Assembly: GCA_045539475.1 (NCBI GenBank)
Contig: JAZQFJ010000101.1
Location: forward strand, 17,994 to 81,993
From: Eubacteriales bacterium
GTDB lineage: Bacteria > Bacillota > Clostridia > Oscillospirales > JAAYXM01
Reading direction: 5' to 3'
DNA: 64,000 nt
The position numbers and the translations under genes are program-made. The notes below the pieces were generated by a model. That model ran no database searches and was not told the DNA's origin. It saw only the letters and a list, made by a program, of their open reading frames with translations. Below are positions 35,323 to 43,691 of this stretch, piece by piece (within the stretch, counting starts at the first letter, position 1; each line of letters begins with the position of its first letter).

Positions 35323-36912
35323 AAACTTTATATAAACGGCGAATTTCACGCGATGGACACATCCCTCAATGTTTTCTCCGCTCTTCTTGAAGAGGACGGA
35401 AAGATTGCAGATGTGGGAGACAGCGAGACGCTTATAGCAAAATATCCGGATGCAGAGGTGGTTGACCTTGGCGGAAAGTGCGTCATTCCGGGGATTATTG
35501 ATACGCATACGCATCTTTGCTGGTCTGCGTACAGTGAAATGACAACCATTCTTCCTGCACCGCTGAGCAATAAAGATCTTTTTGCAGACCTTTCCGAAAG
35601 AGTGAAGAACGCGGAGAAGGGTGAATGGATAATATATAAAAACGCGTATCCGCTACGCCTCGATGAGCTTCGTTATCCGACAAAAGAAGAACTTGATGCC
35701 ATAGCCCCGGATAACCCGGTTATTGTCAACGGTCACTATTCTGCTCAGGTAAACAGCGCGGCTCTCCGGATAATAGAGCTTGATAAGCTCAATCCCGGGG
35801 CAAGCGTTATGTATGACGAAGCCGGAAATCCCACAGGAGTTCTTGCAGGCGCAAAAACATATCTCGATCAGTTCTTTTATAACGATAAAGGGGATCCTGA
35901 TGAGGCAATAGTTTCGCTTATGCATGAGTACAATAAGTGCGGCATTACCATGGCAGTTGATGCAATGTGCAAGCCGGATGATATCAGACGTGTGTCGCGC
36001 CTTTACAAGGACGGCAAGCAGACTGTGCGCGTGCGATATACCGTTGCCGCATCCGATGCTGTTTGCGAAGAGGCAAAGGGCATCGATACGGGAAATCCGG
36101 ACTTCGGACGTCTCCACTTCGCAAAGGATTTTCTTGACGGAGGCTTTTTAACTGCGACCTCGTTTATGGAATATCCGTATCATAATATGAAGGAAATCTT
36201 TGGCATAGAGACCGGCGGTGAAGATAATTGCGGTATGATTTTCCTTACAAAGGAACAGCTTGCAGATAAAATCCGTCTTGCGAGAAAGTATGGGCTCCAG
36301 TACGGCGCACACTGCGTAGGAAGCGGAGCAAGCAAAAGACTTCTTGATGCATATAAAATTGTAGACGCCGAAAGCAAGATTAAGGGTGAGCGCCACAGCC
36401 TTATCCATGCGGACTTTATGGACGATGATGCTATTTCTGATGCAAACTCAATGGGAATTGCTGTTCTTTTCCAGCCTGCATGGCATTATATGGATGCCCA
36501 CAGAGTTGAGCTTTTCCTTCATCCCAAAGAGGTAGAGCGCTTTATGAAGTATAAAACCATTCTGAAGGCTGACCTTGCCGCGGCGGGAAGTGACCATATG
36601 GTAAAGCACGATCCTGATGAGTCCGTAAACCCGTACAACCCGTTTATGGGTATGTACAATATGTCAACGTGCCGTGCTCGTGACGGTAAGGCATACGGGG
36701 CAGAGTCGGCAGTAAGCCGTGATGATGCACTTGCATCTTACACACGCGAAGCTGCGCGCGTCTGCTTTGACGAAGAGTGTCTTGGTACGCTCGAAGTAGG
36801 AAAGTTTGCAGACTTTGCAGTGCTTGACAATAACTACTTCACCTGCCCTGAAGAAGAAATCCCTGCAATTCGTGCAGCTATGACTGTTGTGAACGGCAAG
36901 CGGGTATGGTAA
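35320..36912 (+). CDS. amidohydrolase-family metal hydrolase (YtcJ / amidohydrolase_3-like)
   Basis: MKLYINGEFHAMD...VIPGIIDTHTHL N-terminal metal motif and a C-terminal ADFAVLDNNYF...V..T.VNGKRVW pattern. Confidence 0.75.
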   Translation: MKLYINGEFHAMDTSLNVFSALLEEDGKIADVGDSETLIAKYPDAEVVDLGGKCVIPGIIDTHTHLCWSAYSEMTTILPAPLSNKDLFADLSERVKNAEKGEWIIYKNAYPLRLDELRYPTKEELDAIAPDNPVIVNGHYSAQVNSAALRIIELDKLNPGASVMYDEAGNPTGVLAGAKTYLDQFFYNDKGDPDEAIVSLMHEYNKCGITMAVDAMCKPDDIRRVSRLYKDGKQTVRVRYTVAASDAVCEEAKGIDTGNPDFGRLHFAKDFLDGGFLTATSFMEYPYHNMKEIFGIETGGEDNCGMIFLTKEQLADKIRLARKYGLQYGAHCVGSGASKRLLDAYKIVDAESKIKGERHSLIHADFMDDDAISDANSMGIAVLFQPAWHYMDAHRVELFLHPKEVERFMKYKTILKADLAAAGSDHMVKHDPDESVNPYNPFMGMYNMSTCRARDGKAYGAESAVSRDDALASYTREAARVCFDEECLGTLEVGKFADFAVLDNNYFTCPEEEIPAIRAAMTVVNGKRVW

Positions 36913-36935
36913 ATGTGATTAGTTGAATAAACAAT

Positions 36936-36985
36936 CAAAGGGATTGTAGCGAAATGCATTTTGCTACAATCCCTTTGGGATTTTA
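36936..36985. terminator. bidirectional terminator hairpin
   Basis: 15-bp stem CAAAGGGATTGTAGC/GCTACAATCCCTTTG with T-rich flanks. Lies between convergent genes. Confidence 0.7.
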
Positions 36986-37014
36986 TAAAAATAGTGCAGA
37001 ATGAGCACTGTTTT

Positions 37015-37890
37015 TTATATTGATTTTGCATATTCTGAGGGTGACATACCTACTTTTCCTTTGAAGAGCTTTGAAAAGTAGTGCACGGTTGAAAAACCAA
37101 GTGCCTGCGAAATCTGTGTAAAATTAAGAGATGTGTCGCGAATCATTTGCTTCGCGGCATTTATTTTAAGGAAAGTGAAATATGCCATAGGCGACATACC
37201 GCATTCGCGGTTGCATATGCGCTTCAGTTTTGACGGAGAAAGCCCGCATTCGCGGCAAATATCGTCAATCACAAGCGATTTGTTGAGATTGTTTTTTAGA
37301 TATTTCGTGATAAAAATAAAGATATCGCTGTTCTGGTTTTCGTTGTTTGAAGCGTATAACTTTGTGTAAGAATTTTCGCTGTTTACATATATATCAAGCA
37401 AAAGAAGCTCAAGATGGTTTTTCAGGTTCTGAAGTTCAATCGGATCTGCTTCTTCTCGCGGCACCATTCCTCGGATGTCCGGGTTTGAATATCGTGCAAA
37501 CATAAAGCATTTTTCTCCAAGCTCCATAGCCTGAGACAGCGTTCTGCATTGCTTAGAGGAAAGCGTAATGGCTTTTTTTGATATGGGCAGCAAAACCTCA
37601 GACTCGGAATCAAAGCTTACAACGGAAACGGGCGCGCTTCCGTCAACGAAGGCCTCGCCGTGAACGGCGAGCGGTGGATATAAGATAAGCTGACCGCCTT
37701 CAAGCGGGTACTCCTTGTCGTTGATCAAAACACGGATGTGGCCTTTTTCCAGATAAATAAACTCCCAGAAGTTATGCGCTTCTGGGATGAGAAGGCGCTT
37801 ACTAAGGTCCGTATGAAAGATAGTACGTATGGTCTTTACAGAAACAATGTCCGTGAGGTACGTTTTTGCATATTCTGCCACAAATCTCAC
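37015..37890 (-). CDS. AraC family transcriptional regulator
   Basis: Cupin-like N-domain and a C-terminal HTH pair (LVIDDICRECGLSPSKLKR ... VHYFSKLFKGKVGMSPSEY). The start may be GTG 37881. Confidence 0.85.
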   Translation of the reverse strand: MRFVAEYAKTYLTDIVSVKTIRTIFHTDLSKRLLIPEAHNFWEFIYLEKGHIRVLINDKEYPLEGGQLILYPPLAVHGEAFVDGSAPVSVVSFDSESEVLLPISKKAITLSSKQCRTLSQAMELGEKCFMFARYSNPDIRGMVPREEADPIELQNLKNHLELLLLDIYVNSENSYTKLYASNNENQNSDIFIFITKYLKNNLNKSLVIDDICRECGLSPSKLKRICNRECGMSPMAYFTFLKINAAKQMIRDTSLNFTQISQALGFSTVHYFSKLFKGKVGMSPSEYAKSI

Positions 37891-38081
37891 CTCTTTTTAA
37901 ACCAATAATATAAAAAAATGGTTGTTTTGTACAAATACAATTTAAAGGCTGTGTTTTATAATTAGATACAGAAGGCTTCGGTATTTAATCTTTAGTTCAA
38001 TTATATTAAAAAATACTTAAAATGTCAAGAAACGATAAATGGTAAAAGATGAGGACTTCAAAGAGAAATACAGTTTGAATG

Positions 38082-39014
38082 CTAACGCGAATTGCAATTA
38101 CTGTTTTTTCGTTGGTATTCGGTGGGGGATATGCCTATGATCTTTTTGAACATTTTTGAAAAGTTATATGGTTCATACCCCACAGAGGCAGCAACGGCTT
38201 TGATTTGAACATCGGACTGACGAAGAAAGTCGCATGCGGCTCTCATTCTCGTTTGTATGAGATAATCGTAAACCGACATCCCGAAATTATCACGGAAGAG
38301 CTTGAAAAGATAGCTCCGCGTCAGTCCAACATGTTTGGTTATATCGTCTACAGTGATATCAAACGGATAGTTTGTTTCTATGTATCTTACCGCTGTGTCA
38401 ATATATTTCTGTTGTACGGACTTTTTGCTTGCACCTTTATTGTTTCTTCCGTATATGCTTACAACCTCGGATAAAAAGAGTGAAAAATAGGCAGTCTGAC
38501 GAAGGGAAGCCTCGCTTGAAAGATGATTTGAATAATTTGGATTTTGGGAAAAGGTGACGGAAAGATGCTCCGGATCCGGTTCGGTTGACTGATGTTCGCG
38601 AACTTCAAGAGAATTGATGAGCATTTCGAAATATTCAATAGCCTGTTCGCTTAGCTTGTACGGAAAAATATAGTTATCATCCGAAAAACCGAGCATTTTA
38701 AAATAATGGGCAAGCTTGGCGCTTTTTGCTCCTACATATATCGTTGAAGAAACATCGGCTGTAAAAGTTTTGGATATTGGTGTGTTTGGCGGGATTACAT
38801 AAAAATCACCTTCGCGTATTTTTATGGATTTTTCACCGATATAAATCGTAAACTCGCCGCGCGTGCAGTAGTCAACCATATAAAAATCACGCATATAAGG
38901 TCCAATGGAGAACCCCTTTGTTATGTGATCAAGATTTCCACCTATATAAACATTGATTTCGTTTTGCTTCTCGTTTCCGACAGGTGGAAGGAAAACAGAT
39001 AGTTTTTCGTTCAT
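38082..39014 (-). CDS. AraC family transcriptional regulator
   Basis: C-terminal HTH pair (ITVDDITKHVGLTRSYLFKLF ... PYNFSKMFKKIIGISPTEY). GGAGG RBS before ATG 39014. Confidence 0.85.
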   Translation of the reverse strand: MNEKLSVFLPPVGNEKQNEINVYIGGNLDHITKGFSIGPYMRDFYMVDYCTRGEFTIYIGEKSIKIREGDFYVIPPNTPISKTFTADVSSTIYVGAKSAKLAHYFKMLGFSDDNYIFPYKLSEQAIEYFEMLINSLEVREHQSTEPDPEHLSVTFSQNPNYSNHLSSEASLRQTAYFSLFLSEVVSIYGRNNKGASKKSVQQKYIDTAVRYIETNYPFDITVDDITKHVGLTRSYLFKLFRDNFGMSVYDYLIQTRMRAACDFLRQSDVQIKAVAASVGYEPYNFSKMFKKIIGISPTEYQRKNSNCNSR

Positions 39015-39274
39015 ATTAAACCTCCAAAAATGAAACATGGTGACATCTAATTCTAACATACTGACATTGGAAAGTAAATGTATAAACTGTAAAATTATAT
39101 TGACTTTAAGGGTGCTATAGGAATCGAGGTTCCCCGTTCAGGTGATCGGATATGGTTTGCACAGCAGGATTTTGCTTATTTCAGCTCGGTTATAAACTCC
39201 ATCTGAGTAAAACCGATTTTCCTGCCGGTGTCCTGTCGGTAAAAACAATAACTCAAAAAAGGAGATGGGCAGTT

Positions 39275-40141
39275 ATGGGAAATGCCATTTTCTGGGAAAA
39301 TTTAAGAGAGCCTGATTTCTCTGAGGCGATAGAAAAATCAAAAGGCGTCTGTGTTGTTCCCCTCGGTGCGATGGAGAAACACGGAGCGCATATGCCGGTA
39401 GGAACGGATAACATAATTGCCGAGAAAACTGCAATTCTTGCGGCAGAAAAAGAACCGGTCGTAATCTTTCCCACCTTCCGTTTCGGGGATGTAAACACGC
39501 TTCAGAATTTCCGCGGCTCAATCTGCTTTTCAACGAAGCTTCTCTTTGATTATCTGACAGAGCTTTGCAGAGAAATAGCAAGAAGCGGCTTTAAGAAAAT
39601 ACTTCTTCTCAACTCTCACGGCGGAAATCCGCCGCTTCTCACAACCTTTTGCAGAAGCAACCGTGAAAAGAAGCTTGATTATGTTGTTATGTTTGCAAAT
39701 TCCTATGGCACATCTCCTGCAGATATGAAAAAGGCATTTGCCGAACGCCGTGAAGATTTCCCCTACATAACCGATGAAGACATCGGGATAGTTGATAAAT
39801 ATCTCGAGGTTGAAAAATCGAAAGGTCACGCAGACTTTGATGAGCTTCTTCTTGTATATAACGAAAGGCCCGAAACCATTGATATCTCAAAAATGGGCGA
39901 TGAAGATGGCGAGGATACTTTCAGAACAGCACATCTTCGTGAGTTTGGCATATTCAGCGGAGGAAACTTCCTCGCCGATTGCCCGAATTCCTATTCTGCA
40001 ACTTATTTCCCTTATGTAAACGAAAGACTTGCAAAGGCATATACGGAGATAAGAGTTGATTATATCGCAAAGATGTTCAAGGTAGTTAAGGAAGATACAG
40101 TTCTTTTGGAAGAAAACGAAAAATGGAACAAAAGCTGGTAG
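39275..40141 (+). CDS. creatininase-family amidohydrolase (second copy in window)
   Basis: VVPLGAMEKHGAHMPVGTD and NSHGGN motifs. AGGAG RBS. Divergent from an AraC gene, like the 5129 copy. Confidence 0.7.
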   Translation: MGNAIFWENLREPDFSEAIEKSKGVCVVPLGAMEKHGAHMPVGTDNIIAEKTAILAAEKEPVVIFPTFRFGDVNTLQNFRGSICFSTKLLFDYLTELCREIARSGFKKILLLNSHGGNPPLLTTFCRSNREKKLDYVVMFANSYGTSPADMKKAFAERREDFPYITDEDIGIVDKYLEVEKSKGHADFDELLLVYNERPETIDISKMGDEDGEDTFRTAHLREFGIFSGGNFLADCPNSYSATYFPYVNERLAKAYTEIRVDYIAKMFKVVKEDTVLLEENEKWNKSW

Positions 40142-41199
40142 ATCCTCAAAGGAGGGATATTGTGAACGTTCCGTGTGACAGACTTCTTTTTCCGCTTCCG
40201 CCCATAAATCCGGGAAACACCGTGGCGGAATGGGAAGCGAGAAGATGCGAGCTGCTTTCACAGCTTATCGACATTGAATACGGCGGACTTCCGCCAAAGC
40301 CGCAGAGCATAAGAGTTGAACAGCTTCAATCCGACATAACGGATTTAAGCATGAAGGTATACATAAACGAAACCTTCAACTTTATGATGAAGATTTTCAA
40401 ACCTCAAAAGCTTTGCGACGGAAAGAAATATCCCGTTATTCTCACGGGTGATGCATGCTTCAGATATTGCAACAGCGCAGTTATTGAAAATGCCCTGTCC
40501 CGCGGATTTCTTGTGGCGGTATTCAACCGAGTTGAGTTTGCAAAGGATATTGAGGGTGAAGAAAGATGTGGCGGAATTTATGATATGTACCCCGATATGG
40601 AGTTTGGTGCAATATCCGCCTGGGCGTGGGGATATTCCCGTGCGATGGATGCTCTTGAAACGCTTCCGTTTGTTGATACGCAAAACGTTGCGATAACCGG
40701 TCATTCCCGCGGCGGAAAAGCAGTTCTCCTTGCCGGAGCGATTGATGAACGCTTTGCCGTTGTGAACCCGAATGATTCCGGATGCTGTGGCGGAGGATGC
40801 TTCCGCTACAGGACAGAGCCACGCGATGGAAAGCGCGGAAATGAACGTCTTGAAGAAATTCTGTCTGAGTTTCCGTATTGGTTTGGACCAAAGCTTCATG
40901 AATATGTCGGGCGTGACCATGAGCTTCCGTTTGACCAGCATTTCTTAAAGGCATCTGTTGCCCCACGAAAGCTTCTTGAAACTAACGGATGTGATGATAC
41001 ATGGGCAAACCCAAAAGGCGCATATGTCACTTATGAAGCCGCAAAAGAGGTTTATGATTTGTATGGCATGCCGGAAAACATCGCATACCGTCTCCGAGAA
41101 GGCGGACACGCACATACACCGGCAGACTTTGATGCTTTGTTTGCATTTATTGAGGATGTAACCGTCGTTACGGACGGATATAAAACTACGCCATTTTGA
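40123..41199 (+). CDS. alpha/beta hydrolase resembling CE15 glucuronoyl esterases, no signal peptide
   Basis: GHSRGGKAVLLAG nucleophile motif (CE15-type G-[HC]-S-R-x-G-K) and a C-terminal REGGHAH. Overlaps the upstream gene by 19 nt. Confidence 0.55.
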   Translation: MEQKLVDPQRRDIVNVPCDRLLFPLPPINPGNTVAEWEARRCELLSQLIDIEYGGLPPKPQSIRVEQLQSDITDLSMKVYINETFNFMMKIFKPQKLCDGKKYPVILTGDACFRYCNSAVIENALSRGFLVAVFNRVEFAKDIEGEERCGGIYDMYPDMEFGAISAWAWGYSRAMDALETLPFVDTQNVAITGHSRGGKAVLLAGAIDERFAVVNPNDSGCCGGGCFRYRTEPRDGKRGNERLEEILSEFPYWFGPKLHEYVGRDHELPFDQHFLKASVAPRKLLETNGCDDTWANPKGAYVTYEAAKEVYDLYGMPENIAYRLREGGHAHTPADFDALFAFIEDVTVVTDGYKTTPF

Positions 41200-41321
41200 C
41201 GCGTCACAGCCTCCTTTGCCTAAAGGGCATATGCCCTTTGGTGTTGTAGCTACAACACCAAGCTAAGTTTAGTCAGCAAATACATTTATATAAATCAAAA
41301 TTTATAAGGAGTGTAAAAATC

Positions 41322-43610
41322 ATGAGAAACAGTATTTTTAAGAAACTCACATCACTTATCGTTGCAATGTGCATAGTTGCAACACTTGTCCCCGCGGCCT
41401 TTGCAACGGGAGAGACAGCAGAGGTGCTTTCGACGAAGACTATTACCTTAGATGTAAATAATTTCACATTAGAGACTTATGAGGATAATCCGGAAAGCGT
41501 TGGTAATCATAAGGTTTTTTACAATAGTAGTAAGAGCAGCAGCGGTTACCACGTAATAAAATTCGGTGATGTCACAGCTTCCGATTACGATCAGTACGAA
41601 ACGTATTTTCCGTCAGACGCAAACACTTGTACGAATTTTTATACAGTAAACCAGTATTATGATGTAAATAGCCAAAAAACGCAAGGTGTCCGGTTTAACT
41701 TAAAGAGCCAGACTGCAGTTACATTAAAAACCAAAGCACCGCAGACAAAACCGGCACTTTACAGAGTGACTGTAAAGTACGGAATGTGGAGTGGAGGAAC
41801 TACATTTAATCTTTCTTTGAATGGAACGGCACTCGGAACATTTAGTAACCTTAATTCTGCTGCTAGCACGACTCCGGTTGCAATTCAGTCCACTGTTTTT
41901 GAATCTGATGGAAAGAAGTTGTTCGTGCCAGACGAGGAGGGGTACCTAACGTTTTCGATTACGACAACTTCCTCTTCTGAAAAAAGTTTATGGATCTATC
42001 AAATTATCATAGAAGAAATCGCGGATAAATCAGTTTCCTTCAGCTTCGCATCACCTGAGGTAGTTTCGTCAACAGACAAAATTGACAACTGTCATTTTGA
42101 AAAAACAAGCGCATCGGACAATGCTGCTGATGTGGTTCCCGGATATCTGGAATTTGCCGACGATATGTATGTAACTACCTCATCTGCTTTATTCAGATAT
42201 CGTAACTCGAACATAAATGTTTATTCATCAACGGATGCAAGTAATTCGCTTGGTTTGTATGGCAGATATCAATTGGTTGTTGATAACATGGAGCATTTTA
42301 CCAGCTTTGGGCGTTTGGCTTTGAAGCACAAGCTCAATTCCGACGGTATATATAACATCAAGGTATCAAGCGGAGCAAATTCCCAGGGTGGACTTATCGG
42401 AGTTTATGCAAACGGTGTTCATATAGGAAATATAGAAGATTATAAGGCAACCTTTACTGCGAACTCCGACGCAATAGCGGTAGGAAAGGCAGAGCTTCAT
42501 AACACCGATCTCAAGGCATTGAAGCTCACACGCGATGATAATGGTTATGTTGAGATTTCCTTCAAAGCCCTTGCAGGTGAAGGAACAGACAGAACAAACG
42601 GAACTGCTGACAGAGTTGACTTTATCCCATATTTAATTGAGTTTGAAAAGGTAGAAGCTGCAGAAGTTGCAGAACCGGAGATTGTTTCAAACACCACTGT
42701 TGCAGCATATGTAATGAATGATGTCAGTGGAACAATTGCTGAAACACCCGTCAACTCCGGAGTTGCAGGAAGAACTGTGACCTATACGGCAACGCCTGCT
42801 GACGGATATAAGTTTGTTTGCTGGACGGATAAGGATGGCAAGGTGCTTTCAGAGGACAGTGCATATATTTTCAACGCCTATACCAATATGACCGTTTATG
42901 CAAATTTCGATGAAACGGATGCTGTTGGTGTTAAGTTCTATAACGGCAACGGTGAGTTCCTCGGCTTTGTTGAAAAAGAAAACGGAAAGACCTTTGCTGA
43001 TTATAAGAATGATGCACCGGTTGCAGTATATGATGGTGCAACATTTAGTGGCTGGAGCATAGCAGATGAAGCGGTAATAAATGGTGTTGCATATGCTGTT
43101 GCACAGTTTGCTGATGTTTCGGAAGAAACTGTAACAGCAACGATTAAAATTAATGGAAATCCGAAAATAAACGGCTCTGTTGCGATAGGTACACCGATTG
43201 TGTGTTCAGAAGGAGCAGCAACCGCGTGGTATAGAGACGGCAAATACGTTTTCTACGGTCCAAGCTATACTCATTATGCATTTAAAAATGTGCTTTTGAA
43301 CTATAGAACAAATGCCGTAACAACCAAAGCTCCTGTAGCAATTCTTGATGACCTTGGAAATGGCTCCTATATGTTTGAATACGACGGCGGCGATTATATC
43401 GTTTTAGCTGCAGGTGTTGTTTTTGGGAACAGTGAAGATGTAAGTGTTACTTCATGCTATGCCAACGCAAAGGCAAGAAACATAGAGGATAATCATGGTC
43501 AGTTTAAAGCTTGTGTAAATAGCTCCGGTGATACCGACAAACAGAGTGTTGCACGCGGCTATGTGATTTATAGCGACAACGGACAGATAAAGGTGCTATA
43601 CGCAGACTAA
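41322..43610 (+). CDS. secreted protein: two CBM-like beta-sandwich modules plus Listeria-Bacteroides (InlB B-type) repeats
   Basis: Signal peptide. Modules end ...GYLTFSITTT...IYQIIIEEI and ...GYVEISFKAL...FIPYLIEFEKV. GYKFVCWTDKDGKVL and ATFSGWS repeat motifs. Confidence 0.6.
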   Translation: MRNSIFKKLTSLIVAMCIVATLVPAAFATGETAEVLSTKTITLDVNNFTLETYEDNPESVGNHKVFYNSSKSSSGYHVIKFGDVTASDYDQYETYFPSDANTCTNFYTVNQYYDVNSQKTQGVRFNLKSQTAVTLKTKAPQTKPALYRVTVKYGMWSGGTTFNLSLNGTALGTFSNLNSAASTTPVAIQSTVFESDGKKLFVPDEEGYLTFSITTTSSSEKSLWIYQIIIEEIADKSVSFSFASPEVVSSTDKIDNCHFEKTSASDNAADVVPGYLEFADDMYVTTSSALFRYRNSNINVYSSTDASNSLGLYGRYQLVVDNMEHFTSFGRLALKHKLNSDGIYNIKVSSGANSQGGLIGVYANGVHIGNIEDYKATFTANSDAIAVGKAELHNTDLKALKLTRDDNGYVEISFKALAGEGTDRTNGTADRVDFIPYLIEFEKVEAAEVAEPEIVSNTTVAAYVMNDVSGTIAETPVNSGVAGRTVTYTATPADGYKFVCWTDKDGKVLSEDSAYIFNAYTNMTVYANFDETDAVGVKFYNGNGEFLGFVEKENGKTFADYKNDAPVAVYDGATFSGWSIADEAVINGVAYAVAQFADVSEETVTATIKINGNPKINGSVAIGTPIVCSEGAATAWYRDGKYVFYGPSYTHYAFKNVLLNYRTNAVTTKAPVAILDDLGNGSYMFEYDGGDYIVLAAGVVFGNSEDVSVTSCYANAKARNIEDNHGQFKACVNSSGDTDKQSVARGYVIYSDNGQIKVLYAD

Positions 43611-43691
43611 ATTAACGACAGCAAGGGGAGGATGGACGGCGTTCATTCTCCCTTTACACAAGTGAACCTCTCTCGAAAGGAGACCAACACA

